64,000 nucleotides of DNA. It comes from Lama glama (lineage: Eukaryota). How positions within the stretch are numbered: the stretch's first letter is position 1; every line of letters starts with the position of its first letter. This document shows, piece by piece, positions 40,069 to 52,520 of the stretch. A program made the position numbers and the translations under genes. The stretch covers positions 78,990,001 to 79,054,000 of the forward strand of contig CM052816.1 of assembly GCA_028534125.1 (NCBI GenBank), written 5' to 3'. Below the pieces are notes generated by a model. That model saw only the letters and a program-made list of their open reading frames with translations. It was not told the origin of the DNA and did not search any database.

Positions 40069-40624
40069 TATAGGACTTTTAATTTCTTTATCACTAGCAC
40101 AGTATTACACAGAGTAGGCAATAAACATTTGAAAAATGAATGATTAATTAAATGATTTTAGGGAGCAGGGCTAGGACCCCAAGCTAGCTGGGTAGATATT
40201 TCCTGGGCATAAGTAATTGAGATCATTGATTCAGTAATTATTTTTTGATTGCCTTTAATGTTGGTGCATGTGTATTTTAGAACTTCGTAATGGCATATTT
40301 TTATACTATTAAAGGAAGAGATTCTTTAGTGATCACATTATATACAGTCTGTTGAAATATATTTTCCTTTAAAAGCTGGCTTAATACTCATTAGCTTGCA
40401 GGGATTTTGAAACTGGTAAGTAGAAGGTGTTGCTTCTCTAATTTCTACCTAGAATAATGTATCCTAGAAGTCTTTTGGTTTCTCTTTTTGCCTCCAGGCA
40501 GAAATGTATTAAGCCTCCTAGCTGTAACACAGGTTGCCTGACTTCTTTTTCATAAGCACTGAATTGTCTCACAATCCTTAAATAAGCCTAGAAGTTAAAT
40601 GTTCAACTTAAGTTTCTTCTTCTC

Positions 40625-40865
40625 TGTATTAGTTATCAAATGCACCATAACAAATTATCCCAAAACTTAGAGGCATTAAACAATAATGATCATTTATTAT
40701 TTCTCCTGGTTTCTGTGTGTCAGGAATCCAGGAAGAGCTTAGCTGCGTGGTTTTGACTTGGGATCTCTCTGAGGTTATAGTCAGGTGTCACCTGGGGCTG
40801 CAGGCATCTGAAGGTTTGACTTGGGCTGGAGGATCTACTTCTAAGATAGATCACTCACATGGACT
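40625..40865. mobile_element. MLT1-type LTR fragment
   Basis: tgtattagttatc...cataacaaattatcccaaaacttag...gtcaggaatccagg...ggggctgcag..atctgaagg...ggctggaggatctacttc. Confidence 0.7.
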
Positions 40866-42373
40866 CCTCTAAATTAAATATATAATTTTAGTTATCTCTT
40901 CTGTATTCTGTACCACTATACTGACCCCTGTAAATAATTATGATGTTTAAATGCTTAATAATCAAAATGGTATAGAAGGCATATGATAGCCAACCTCCTA
41001 GTATTTATACCTATGTGGTTCCCTTCCCACTTCTGTATTCAATCAGGGCTGATCTTTGGGACCAATTAGAATATCATATGACAGTGTGTGGATTCCAAGG
41101 CCAGGTCATAAATGGTATTGCAGCTTCTGTATTGGTCTCTTGGATTGCTCATTCTGTAGCAAGTCAGCCATCATGATGTGAGGGTACCAAAGCAGCCCTC
41201 ACGTGGAGATGCTCATACAAAGGGAATTGAGGCCTCTTGCCAGCAGCTAGCACCAGAGAATAAGCCACATTGAAAGTGAATCCACATTGAAAGTGAATCA
41301 GGCCAAGTCTAGATTCTTCTCTCTAGAGTATTTTAGAATTGCAGTTGACCTCAGGTAGGTCAGGTGACTATCAGATGACTGTTGATAACTTATAATCTTA
41401 CCACTGTGTACAAGTATTGCAATAAATATAAAAATTTTAAAAACCTATTCCCTGACTAAGTTTCTTAACCTCAATGTTGACTCTCTTAGGTAAATTATCG
41501 ATTAGTCACAACTTTGTAAAAACCTTTTTCTCTGCTCTTCACATTTGTAAGTTAATTTATAGTCATTAGTAAGGACTTGTTTTGCCAGGCCTACTTTCAG
41601 CCTTTCCCTCAAGATTGAAGCATCATGTAAATGATGATTGGGCTTTCTGGACCCTTTTCCTCACGTTAGATTCTGTATCATCTCATCTTCTATAGCAACC
41701 TGTAGGCAATCTTAACACTTTATAACTTATGATTTTTAAAAAAATTTCTGTCTTCCACATAAAGCCATTAACTCTTTGAAGGAGTTCATCCTTATATATT
41801 TTTAAATAAATGAAGGATTGCATTGTATTAATCTTTCTGAGTTTCTTACTGACCTGGAATATCTTAAATGACATTTAAAAAGAATTTATGGTTTAAAACA
41901 GTTTCTCATAAATTGATTCCTCAGAATAACCTTTTGAGCTTGATAGTTTTATTGCCCTGTTAGAGATGAGGAAGCTGATTAAGCTAAAGTAACTTACCCA
42001 AAGTTAACAGTTAAATAACTTAAAGGTAAGATGCAAACACCACTATACCAATAGATAATTTTGCAGGGAAATCAATCAGTGGCAAATTTGCTGTCATTTT
42101 TAGATTCACTGTAATGTGGAAACTTAGGTAGTATTGTGTATTATGTCATTAAAGCTGAATGTCAACTGTTTCTACCTGGGTTTTTTTTGTTTGTTTGTTC
42201 TTGTTGAAATTGCAGACAATTTTGTGGCAAAATGAAGTCTAGAGTAGAATTTTTTTTTTTTAGAGTAGAATTTTTAAAATTTTATATCTAATTTTTGTAG
42301 TTTAGTGATACCTTTTGAATTAAGTACTTTTTTTTCTTCTTCCTTTTGCACCATCCAAATCCCTTTTAAAAAG

Positions 42374-42457
42374 ATCTGAAGGTCATTTATGTCTTCCTGT
42401 TCGATATACGCATTCCTTCCCAGAAGCCTTACAGAAGTTCTATCGTGGTGAGTTCAG
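42374..42457 (+). CDS. NADK2: NADK2 exon 5 (84 nt)
   Basis: aaaag|A TCT...TTC AG|gtagg; SEGHLCLPVRYTHSFPEALQKFYRGEFR. Confidence 0.96.
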
Positions 42458-43886
42458 GTAGGAATTTCTTACTGTTATTCTGCAAATATCCTATTAAGGT
42501 AATAAGATAATAATAGTAATCTTATTATTGTTATGTACTTATTAATGTGTGCCATTAAAACTGCTGTTAAACAGAACAAATTAGATAATGTTTGGATTAG
42601 TCTACAGTTTCAACAGTAGCCAGAAAAATATTACATAATTTGAGTTACAAACACATCTAACTTGCCTTCTTCCAGTCCAGTTGGAACTGTATGGAGAAAC
42701 TCTGCCAAATGCTACTTGGCCTGTAATGTAATTGCAAATAGAGGTTTCTCTCCTTCAGTGAGAGAGAGGCCATGTCTCTACTTTCCTAAACTTGTTAAAT
42801 GTTTTTAGCAGTTTGGTAGAAGGATGATTAAAACTGGTGGCTAAAATTGAGTGTTCAGATTCTTTGAGTTTGTATATTTTTTTATCCTCATCTTCTCCCA
42901 TCCGGAATGACTGAGAGTTGGAATTTCTCCAACCATGCTGGGATTCCTGCTGTCTCTCTGTTAAGTGTTTCTTAAGCAGTGGATGTGTTTTTTCATATTT
43001 CTTTCACTTAATTTGTTCAGTGGTCAGACGGTCCTGAAAAGAGGAGGGTAGAGGTGGGAGCTGAGATGAGGTTGGCCAGTTGTATTAGAGAGAGCCAAGT
43101 TTGAGTACTTAGCCTGGCTTTTATAGTTTGAGAAAGCTTTTTCTCCAGGTATTTGTGAAATGGTATTAAATCTTCTTGTCTTCTGGAATTGTTTTGTTAA
43201 TAATGATTCTAGTCATTTCAGAAGTTTGGCATCTCTGCAAATAACCAATTTATAGCTACCAAGTGGGAGTATATTTTTGTATACTTATCTACTAGAATCT
43301 GTCCCGTTGGCTTCTTGATACATCAGTATTTGATTTTGAAATCAGTTAAACCTGATTCTTTTTTTTTCTTTACTTTCACCAAAAATGTCATTTAAGTTTT
43401 GGTGTAATCTTAAGTGTTATAGTGTTTGTTATTCTTTTTTCTCTTACTTTAAAAAAAAAAGCATCATTACAGATTTTAGGAGAGGGAAAAGCATCGTTAT
43501 AAATTTTAAGGGATTTTTATCTAATCTGACCACCTTAGCATAGTATCATTTTAAGTTCAGAATGCTTTTTTTTATATGTTATACTTTTTGATGAGCAAAA
43601 CACAACTGTATTTAGCTCAGCATGTTGGGTTTAATGAATACTCAATAAAGAATTTGACTTTAATTCAAGTCATTTAGGCAGTTTTGTATAGACACATTAG
43701 ATAGTTCCATTATAATTGAGAAGAGAAATAAATGCCTAAATCTGTCTTTGAGCAGTACAAAGGTATTTATGATATAATTTGTTTATTGAATAACTAGTTT
43801 TTTAATAGGAGTGTTTTAATTTGGCTAATTATAATCCTTAGTTAATTTATTCTGTGTTAATTTGCTTTTCCCTTCACTCTTTTAAG

Positions 43887-44023
43887 ATGGTTGTGGAGGC
43901 AGCGAATCAGGTTATACCTTGAAGGGACCGGCATCAACCCTGTTCCTGTCGACCTTCATGAACAGCAGCTAAGTTTGAATCAACATAGTAGAGCCTTCAA
44001 CATTGAGAGAGTTCATGATGCAA
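43887..44023 (+). CDS. NADK2: NADK2 exon 6 (137 nt)
   Basis: ttaag|A TGG...GCA A|gtagg; WLWRQRIRLYLEGTGINPVPVDLHEQQLSLNQHSRAFNIERVHDA. Confidence 0.96.
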
Positions 44024-44699
44024 GTAGGTGGACTGGGAATTAGATGTGTTTGGGGTGATATTTAATTTATAGTTCCTTTAATCTCTAATTTCTAGAAGTG
44101 GTCACTTATAATGAACTTATTTGGGGATTTTGGTGCCACTGACAACACTTAGGAAAGTACAATTGGACTACCTGAGTTGTAAAATTTGTTATAATTAGAT
44201 TCTGAAATAAGAAATATAGCATATTTCTATAAGAAATGTTTTCTGGGGTGAATTTGAAAACTAGTTGATTGGGGAAGGACTACAAAATGTCCAAAAGGAT
44301 AGTTGATATTTCGGGAACGATTCTTGGCCTTAATCTTTGAAATGTCAGAAAGGAAAAAGAAAGTGGTAGAAAGAAAGTGAACTAATTTGTGCAAGATTTC
44401 ATACTACTTACACATTTATATACTTATATTTAAATATATTTACCATAGTTCTAGTTATTAAAACTTTTTTATTAGAAAATTTTGTATCCCAGACTTAAGA
44501 TTTGTATTTCAAATATTTGTGTAAGATGCTAAGAGAATGTTAGCATACAATGATATGATATGCAGCTTTTTTGTTGTGTTAAAGTGAATTCTCAGTTTTG
44601 AGCTAATTTGATTATAATTTAGCGATATTTTCCTACTTTTGCTAGTAACTGTGAGACTTTCATGATGCAAGACGATCCCAAGAGATAATCCTATTTGTT

Positions 44700-44826
44700 T
44701 CTTTTTTTGGAAGAGATGTAATTAGGTTTATTTATTTTTTATTTTTTTAACAGAGGTACTGAGAATTGAACCCAGAACCTCAAGCATGCTAAGCACAGTC
44801 TCTACTACTGAGCTGTATCCTCTCAC
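44700..44826 (-). mobile_element. tRNA-Ala-derived SINE (Vic-1-like)
   Basis: gaggtactgagaattgaacccagaacctcaagcatgctaagcacagtctctactactgagctgtatcc is an antisense tRNA-Ala-like head; tail contains gtaattaggtttattt. Confidence 0.85.
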
Positions 44827-45766
44827 CTAGTGTAATCTATCCTTTAACTAGATTGTATTTGTGTACAAGTTAAGGAAGAATTCATTTTTATTACCTTTAT
44901 ACCTTCAAGGGAAATAGGGTTGATTTATTTATTATTTAAAAAAAATCTTAATCGCATAAACTAGCAACTTTCTTATTTGCAAGGCTCATTGTATTAATTT
45001 GAATAAGTTAATTGATTTCATTAACAATCCCAGAATCTTGGTGGCTTAACATACTGAAGATTTATTTCGAGCTCATCTCATTGTCCAATGGATGTTCAGG
45101 CAACCTCCAAACAAGGCTCCTACCATCTTCTAAGGCCTCGAGTCTTCAGTTGGGCCCTCTGTAGCTTGTGGGGAGAAAATGGCTGTGAGAGCCTGGAGGA
45201 CCCTTAGGGAGGGTTTAGGAGTGGGCTTTTTCACTACTTTTGCTCATATTCCACGGCCATTACTAGTCCCATAGGTAGAACATAGTCTAACAGTTGATAG
45301 TGTGGGAGAATTACACAGTGTTGTGGTCTCTGTCACGAGTATAACAAGTCCGTATTTAAAAATACAAATTATAATTAATTTTGTAATCCATTCTCTTAAA
45401 TAGAAAATTGTTTCTTGGTATTGAGTCTATCTTTTCATGTCCTATGGAAGCAAGTTATAAATGAGCAGATTATAAATGAGCATATAAATTCATGAGTAGA
45501 TAATGTTTGGTATTCAATTAGCATGAAAGAAAATATAAGCAGAATTAATGAGATGAAGCAATTTTACATAATCTCTTCCTCCTTTAATAAAGGATTTTAG
45601 GTGAAATTCAGCAAGCATACATCATAAAAGTGCAATACAGAAATGAAAATTAGGATGAGGAAAAATAGGAATAGAGGTAGAAAGTCAAGACCATATAAAA
45701 GAAAAACATGTGGTTACAGTTTGGTAAGATTTTAGATTTATTGGTTAGTAATATTTAGTGAGTACT

Positions 45767-46012
45767 GACAAAGAATACAAACTATGGTTACCAAAGGGTG
45801 GGGAGGGATAAATTAGGGGTTAGGAATTAACAGACACACATTACTATATATAATAGACGAACAACTAGGACCTGTTGTATAGCACAGTTTCTTGTAATAA
45901 CATAATGGAAAAGTAGCTGAAAAGAATAAATATATATGTATGTATATGTATAACTGACTCACTTTGCTATATACCTGAAACATTGTAAATCAACTACACT
46001 TCAATAAAAAAA
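45767..46012 (+). mobile_element. L1 3' end (artiodactyl type) with TSD
   Basis: tatggttaccaaaggg...ggagggataaattagg...tgtatagcacag...cattgtaaatcaactacacttcaataaaaaaa; TSD tttagtgagtact at 45754-45766 and 46017-46029. Confidence 0.88.
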
Positions 46013-46624
46013 AATTTTTAGTGAGTACTTAATGTTAGTTGAGCATTTGCAGAAAATCTGTGGGGAGATGTAAAACATTCCATTAGTAATTACCCTATGT
46101 AAAGAAAAATAATTTAAACAATAAATTTTAGCTATTTAATTTATGAAACTTGTCAGGTATGAAAATGTGAATATATCTAGTACCAAATTAAGGCAGTTCC
46201 GAAAGTTAGATTTTGCAGTTTTAAGTAAATCAGATTTGATTAAAGACATCAAATTTTTTATATACCTTTTTCTGTTAAGTTCTTTCTACTATATTATTCT
46301 GAGATTTAGCTGATAAGGTTAACCCATTATATAATTTGGTCAAATACGTTTTCAAAAGTTCTTTGGTATCGTAGTAACTTGGTGTAATCAAAAGAATAGT
46401 TGGGCTACTTTAGGCAGTTATAATCCAAAAGAAATGAGATACATGCAATCAATGTTCAATAAACGTATAAACAAAAGAATGTAATAGGTCACAAGTCAGA
46501 GGAGAATATTAGATCAGTGGTTGTGCTGGTGACAATGGTGGAAAGTTTTTTTTAGTGTACTAAGTGTCTAATGTGTATTCGATACCTGTGCACTTTACCC
46601 TGAAACGTAGCATCTTAAAACATG

Positions 46625-47090
46625 ACAAATTACCTCAGAATTTAGTATCTTAAAACATAATTATTATGATTTCACAGAGATTATGAAGGTCAAGAATCCA
46701 GGAGTGGCATAGCATGTTAGTTCAGGTTTAGGGTTTCTCAGGAGGTGACAGGCTGTCTGCAGGGACAGCAGTATCTGAAGACAAGACTGGGACTGGAAGA
46801 TCTGCTTCACAACCCTTCATGTGCATGTATGTTAGCAAGAGGCTTCAGTTCCTCACATGTTGACTTCTCCATTGGACTGCTCATAAAGTACCTTCCCCCA
46901 GGGCAAGTGATCTGAGAGAGTGACCAATGTAGAAGTCTTTTTAACTGAATCTTTGAAGTGACGTATTATTACTTCTGCCCTACGTTGGTCCCATAGACCA
47001 ATCCTGGTATGACGTTAGAGGGAGAGTTAGACAAAAATGTGAATACCAGGAGGCGGGACTCCCTGGGGACCGTATTAAGGCTAGCTGCCA
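46625..47090. mobile_element. MLT1-type LTR remnant
   Basis: acaaattacctcagaatttagt..cttaaaaca...ggtcaagaatccaggag...cttcagttcctcacatg...tgtgaataccaggaggcggga. Confidence 0.7.
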
Positions 47091-47951
47091 GAATTGAAGT
47101 GGACTTTTAAGCTTTGACTTAGGAAAAAATGGGAAGGAGACAGAAAAGGGAATTTGTCCCATAGTGCTTGCCCAACAGGAGATACATGGGCGCAATGAAT
47201 CTGCTATTGGTGACGTTGAGAAGATGGGGCTGGCATTTCCAGTTGGAGACTGGTGAAAGATAAGAGAAACCATTTGAAGGTGGCAATTACAAGTTTGATA
47301 CAGAAAGCAGTGGGAATTCTTTGGAGGATTTTGTGTGACGGAATGATGTTTAAATAATCATGAAGGAAGATTACTTAAGCTGTGCGTACAACCTTATAGA
47401 GTAAAAAAAAGATGACTTCTTTTTGGAGTCATAAAAGGGGATGTGGTTGTTTCTCCACTGCTGCCATTGCTAAAAAACACTCAGATTTTTCTGTTTGAAA
47501 AAAATCTGATTTTTAAAGTAACTCATTTGGTGTCCAACATGAACCATCCATGTAACTTGCTGCTTAAATCCAAAATGGCTCTTCAACTTTGGAGTACTTG
47601 ATCATTTCTACTTCTGAAGCCTCCAGAATAAAACTAAGTCAATTTTGACAACGTGAATTTTATGCTATGGATAAATATATTTCATCACTCTTGAAGAATT
47701 GTTTCAAGGAGAACTAAGGTTTATTTTGGAGAGACAGAGGCTTCGTTGCAGCTATAATGTTTAGGTGATTTTGAGGGTTTAAATTGTGAATACTTTAAAT
47801 GAGAGATATTTAATTTAGATGTTAATAATGTTAAAGTATAGATTCTGTTAAGACAAAAATATGAATACTTTAATATTTTATAAATTTATATGATAATATT
47901 TCTAAAGTTTACATCTTGAATTTTTTTTGTTGTTGTTTTCATTATCTGCAG

Positions 47952-48030
47952 GGTTTGAGGCTTCTGGACCCCAGCTTTTGCCAGTGAGAGCACTAAATGA
48001 AGTCTTCATTGGGGAGAGTCTATCATCCAG
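47952..48030 (+). CDS. NADK2: NADK2 exon 7 (79 nt)
   Basis: tgcag|GG TTT...TCC AG|gtact; (R)FEASGPQLLPVRALNEVFIGESLSSR, containing the NE motif. Confidence 0.97.
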
Positions 48031-51000
48031 GTACTTTTAAACCTGTGATTTTGAGTTTGAAATTTAATATTTTAGTAATTTTTATGCTATTTATTCAACT
48101 TATACAACCTAAGATTTGTGAATAATTAATACTGCATAAATAATAGAAATGAATTATTTAATGAAATATTTCCAAACTTCTGTACATATTATTACATGTT
48201 AAAGAGGAAAGAAGGCCTTATTACCAAAAATGTTGTAAAACCCTAGGATAAACAAAGTTATTCAGACTTCTTTACTGCAGTGTTTCCCAGAGCCTTTAAT
48301 CTATCGTATAGGACCTTTATAAATGTCTATGAGAATGATATGTTTGCAATCGATGTAAAACTTTGATCTTATAAAAAGTCCATATTAAAATTTCCCTACT
48401 AACTCTCTTAATAGTGTTTTAAAGCTGATTTATTTGTTTGCTTGTTTTAATCCAGGATCCAGTTAAGGATCATGCATTTGGCCATCATGGCCCTTAGAGT
48501 GAATTAAGGACAATTCGTTAGCCCCACCCCTGTTTTGTCATTTATGATATTAACATTTTTGAATGGTCTAAACCAATTTCTTATGCAGAATGTTCTTTAT
48601 TTTGAATTTGTATGATTTTTTTTCTCTGCATAAGATTAGGACTAAGCATTTTTGGCAGGACTACTGCATAGGTAATACTGATCCTTCTTAGTGTAATAAA
48701 AGGCAAGTGTATTGATAGTTTAAGATTTGTAACCATTATTACCAAAAATTAAGGTCAGTGAAGTTCTTCACTAGGAATATAGAAATATAATATGTGTTTT
48801 ATTGATAAAATCTGTTTTGTGAGTATTGAATATAAATTAGGCTTAAATTGTCAGTAGAATTTTTTGCAAAACTTTGTGTGACATTAGTTACCAGTTATAA
48901 AATGATTTCCATAATGTAAAGTTAATATGATTCTTGGTAGTACTTTAGAACTTTCATTCTCATTTTTGTAGATGTAGGTAAATTAGGGGTGAGGGTTAGA
49001 GATGAATCTGTACCCTACTTTCCTGCTATCAGAACCACATGACCCTTTGAAGGTCATGGAATGATCCCCTAGTTTACTGAGAGTTCCATATATTCTATTT
49101 ATCATCAGTTATATCATTTTATAGGAAGTTTAATGATGGGTGAGAAAAGTTTGTCTTAAAAAAGCCGTATTTTAGCCAATAACTTAATTCAGGTAGTACT
49201 GAAAAGTACAAAGCCTGATTCAACAGAATGCTTTTTGTGTTGTTGTAATTATTTTGATTCATGTAATTTTAAATTTATCAATAAAATATATTGAGCACCC
49301 TCTATGGGATGTAAAGATGTATAAGATAAAGGTAGTGGTATCTTAGTTTTTTGGAAGATAGTAAATAAAATACATCATTAAAAATTATTAAAACTAAAAT
49401 GTATTCTTCAAAGAAATCAAATAAAAAATATTTTTAAAGGACTTAAAAATATAGTAAAGTGATGACACAACATTGTAAACTGACTGTACTTCAATAAAAA
49501 TATATATACAAAAATATAAAAATATAAAGATGTTTATTTTAATATAGTAAAACTTATGCTATATATAAAGGTTTTGCTTTTGCTGCATATCAATTTTGAA
49601 GCAATATGAAAATGAATAATGGATACATTTATGTCATAAGAGAGAAGGAGGGAAATGTAACTCTAATTAGTGATATAATCTAGTCATTATTGCTAAGGAC
49701 ATTGGACAGAAGAGAGCAACAACTTTAAAATGAGATTGGAGAAAGTCTACATTAAAATACGTAGATGATAAAGATGTTTTGTGAGTTTATACTTAACTCT
49801 GGGGAAGCCATTTAATGGCTTACATTATTCTGTTTGTGTATCTTAAAGGTTGTAACTTCTGAGCTTGCACTAGCATTGCTTTATGATTTGTACTTACTAA
49901 AAAATAACTTACAAAAGGAAGAGAACTGGGATCGGTTGATAGACTTTGGGAATTTAGTGAAATCCCATTAGGAGATTTTTAGATAGAATGCTTTTATTTT
50001 CTGTGGCAGTAGTGATTTGGTTGGTTTACCCCTAATATCTGATGCTGGTTCTTTTTGTGGTCTTTGATGCCTCACCTTATATCTTTACTAAGATAAGGAC
50101 AGCAATGGGTTGGCTTCTGATGCTACTGAAAAAGGTTTAATTAACTACTGGAAATATTAGAACTTATTTTTAAAGTTTTATTGACATAGACCCTTAGTAA
50201 AAGGAAATGAGCATTTGCTGGATGCCTGCTACGTCAGGCACTGTGCATATGTGTATGTTATCGTATGTAGCCTCATAGCAACTCTGTAAGAAAGGTAGTT
50301 AGTTATATTTATCAGTGAAAAAATTGAGATTTGGATTAATTTTCCCAAGGTCATGTAATTAGTTAATTAGCATCAGAACTATCATATAAACCCAGCATTT
50401 CTGATTTCAGATCCTGTATTGAGTTACTATGAATAAAACTTGTGAAGTATTGCCTGTTTTTTAAACTGCTGCTTCCTTGTGCAGGCTTTCCTACTGGCAA
50501 TGCTATCTTGAGGCCATCTTGTATTATTTCTTACATAGTATCTTGCTTATTGCTTAAAGCAATAAACAGCACCCTCAGTAGATGGTAATTATTATTTACT
50601 TTAAAATTTCTAACCTACCTAATAGAATAGAAGCTTCAAGAAGACTGTCTATTACGTTTGCCATTAAGTCCCCAGTACCTAGCACAGTGTTTATTAAAAC
50701 ATATTAGGCACTTAATAAATATTTATGGAATGAATAAATGCTGATGGGTCCTGCCAGACGTTCTCATTATCTCCATTTTATAGGGAAGTCTGTGGCTCAG
50801 AGAGCCGAAGTAATTTGCCCCAAGTCACACAGTTAATAAATAACAAAGCCAGGGTAAGCCTGTGCTTTTCTTCAGTGTGTCATACAACAGAATTCTAGTC
50901 TTCCTGAAAACTTAAGTGCTTTGCTTGGAAAATATGAACTGCAGCAATATTGTTCCTGCCTCATTTATAATGTTCTTAAACTTAAGAACATTTTAAAAGC

Positions 51001-51039
51001 CCAATTTTTTTTTCTTTTCTTCTATTTGTTCTAACCTAG

Positions 51040-51105
51040 AATGTCTTATTCTTGGGCTGTAGCAGTGGACAGTTTAAGAAGAAGTATACCCACTCTAAAG
51101 GGACT
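51040..51105 (+). CDS. NADK2: NADK2 alternative cassette exon (66 nt, +22 aa)
   Basis: Long pyrimidine tract and ctaacctag acceptor, CT|gtgagt donor, phase 2-2, no stop: (R)MSYSWAVAVDSLRRSIPTLKG(L). Confidence 0.82.
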
Positions 51106-52424
51106 GTGAGTTTTATTGCTGCCTTAAAAAAATAATTTCCCTGAAACCAAAATTCTATGAGTTGACTATGACTAATCTTGATAAACTTGCATGTGAGAAT
51201 GACACTAAATTTGCTCATTGTTTTGGGTTCATCTCTCACCTGACTGGACCTTTCCTTTTCTCCACCTCTGCTTCTCTTCTATCCCCACTTACCCCTAATC
51301 TCTTGTTTCCGTGTGATTCTGTCATAATAGCAGCCATCCCTATGGATTTGGCTGGCTTGTCTGTGTATAATAGGCTCCTAATGTACCTAAAATTTCTTAT
51401 TTTCCAGGAGGAAATAACAAGGCTATGAAATAGGCTAAATGTGAATATCAGGCTTGTTATCTTTTATTTTTATGAAGAACGCTGACTTCAGAGAGAAAAT
51501 GACAGAGTTGTATCATATAAAACCTTCACAGATTAAGAGCTTGGCAGAAGTTGAAAGGGTTAGAATAAGAGCTAAATTATCCATTGAGTGCTAGTATTTG
51601 CAAGCATATCTAATAATTGTCATTGTTTTGAAAAGATGTATTTCGTTAAGGGATTATTTTAATTTTTTAATTTGCTGTAGAAAAGTAACCCAGTGTTGAT
51701 TAGTGACACAGTTATTTTAAGATATAGCTCACAAAATAGGCTTTTACGTGTGTCAAAATTTCTTTGAATAGTTGCAAATCGTTTATGCATTCATTCAGTT
51801 AAAGAATAGTGTCATTTTTGCTGGTGTCAGAAAACTCATTTGATTCCATATTTATGAAATACTCTAATAGTTTTGTCCACTGATCCAGGACTGGTTGAGA
51901 ATTTTCTTTAGAACTTTATCATCTCTCCTAGCTTACTATCAATTCAAAGGCACATTGGTATATAACATAAGAAACAAGAGTTTAGCAGGAACTATTGGTG
52001 ACTTAAAGGATTAGATACAGATTTAGATATATCAAGGGCTGGCTACCAAGAATGAAACTCACCTAGAAATGATATTTTCTCTTTGAATTTTGAGATAAGG
52101 CTCTGTATGTTTCCATAAAAGCAGTAGCAGCAAAAATTTATAAGAAGCTCCTGTTTGAAATGTTGAAGTATTGATAGAAAGGAGCATATAGGTCAGAGAG
52201 GGAGGCAGACATGCAAACTTTAAAAAAGGTTTTTTTTTGTTTGTTTGTTTTCTTTTACTTACTCAATATTGGAATCACCATCACAATGTGTGTGCGTGTT
52301 AAATCAGGTATGTCTAAGTTAAGCTGCCTACTTAGATTTCATCAGCTCTGAAAAAGACTGTGTTTGTCTTATTTACCATGAGACAGAAGTTCAGCAGATC
52401 CAGTTTTATATTCTCAATTTATAG

Positions 52425-52520
52425 GGCTTCCTACTACGAAATTTCAGTTGATGATGGTCCATGGGAAAAACAGAAGAGTTCGGGGCTTAATTTGTGTACT
52501 GGAACGGGATCAAAGGCCTG
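52425..52520 (+). CDS. NADK2: NADK2 exon 8 (96 nt)
   Basis: atag|G GCT...GCC TG|gtgag; ASYYEISVDDGPWEKQKSSGLNLCTGTGSKAW, the Gly-rich NAD-kinase motif. Confidence 0.97.
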
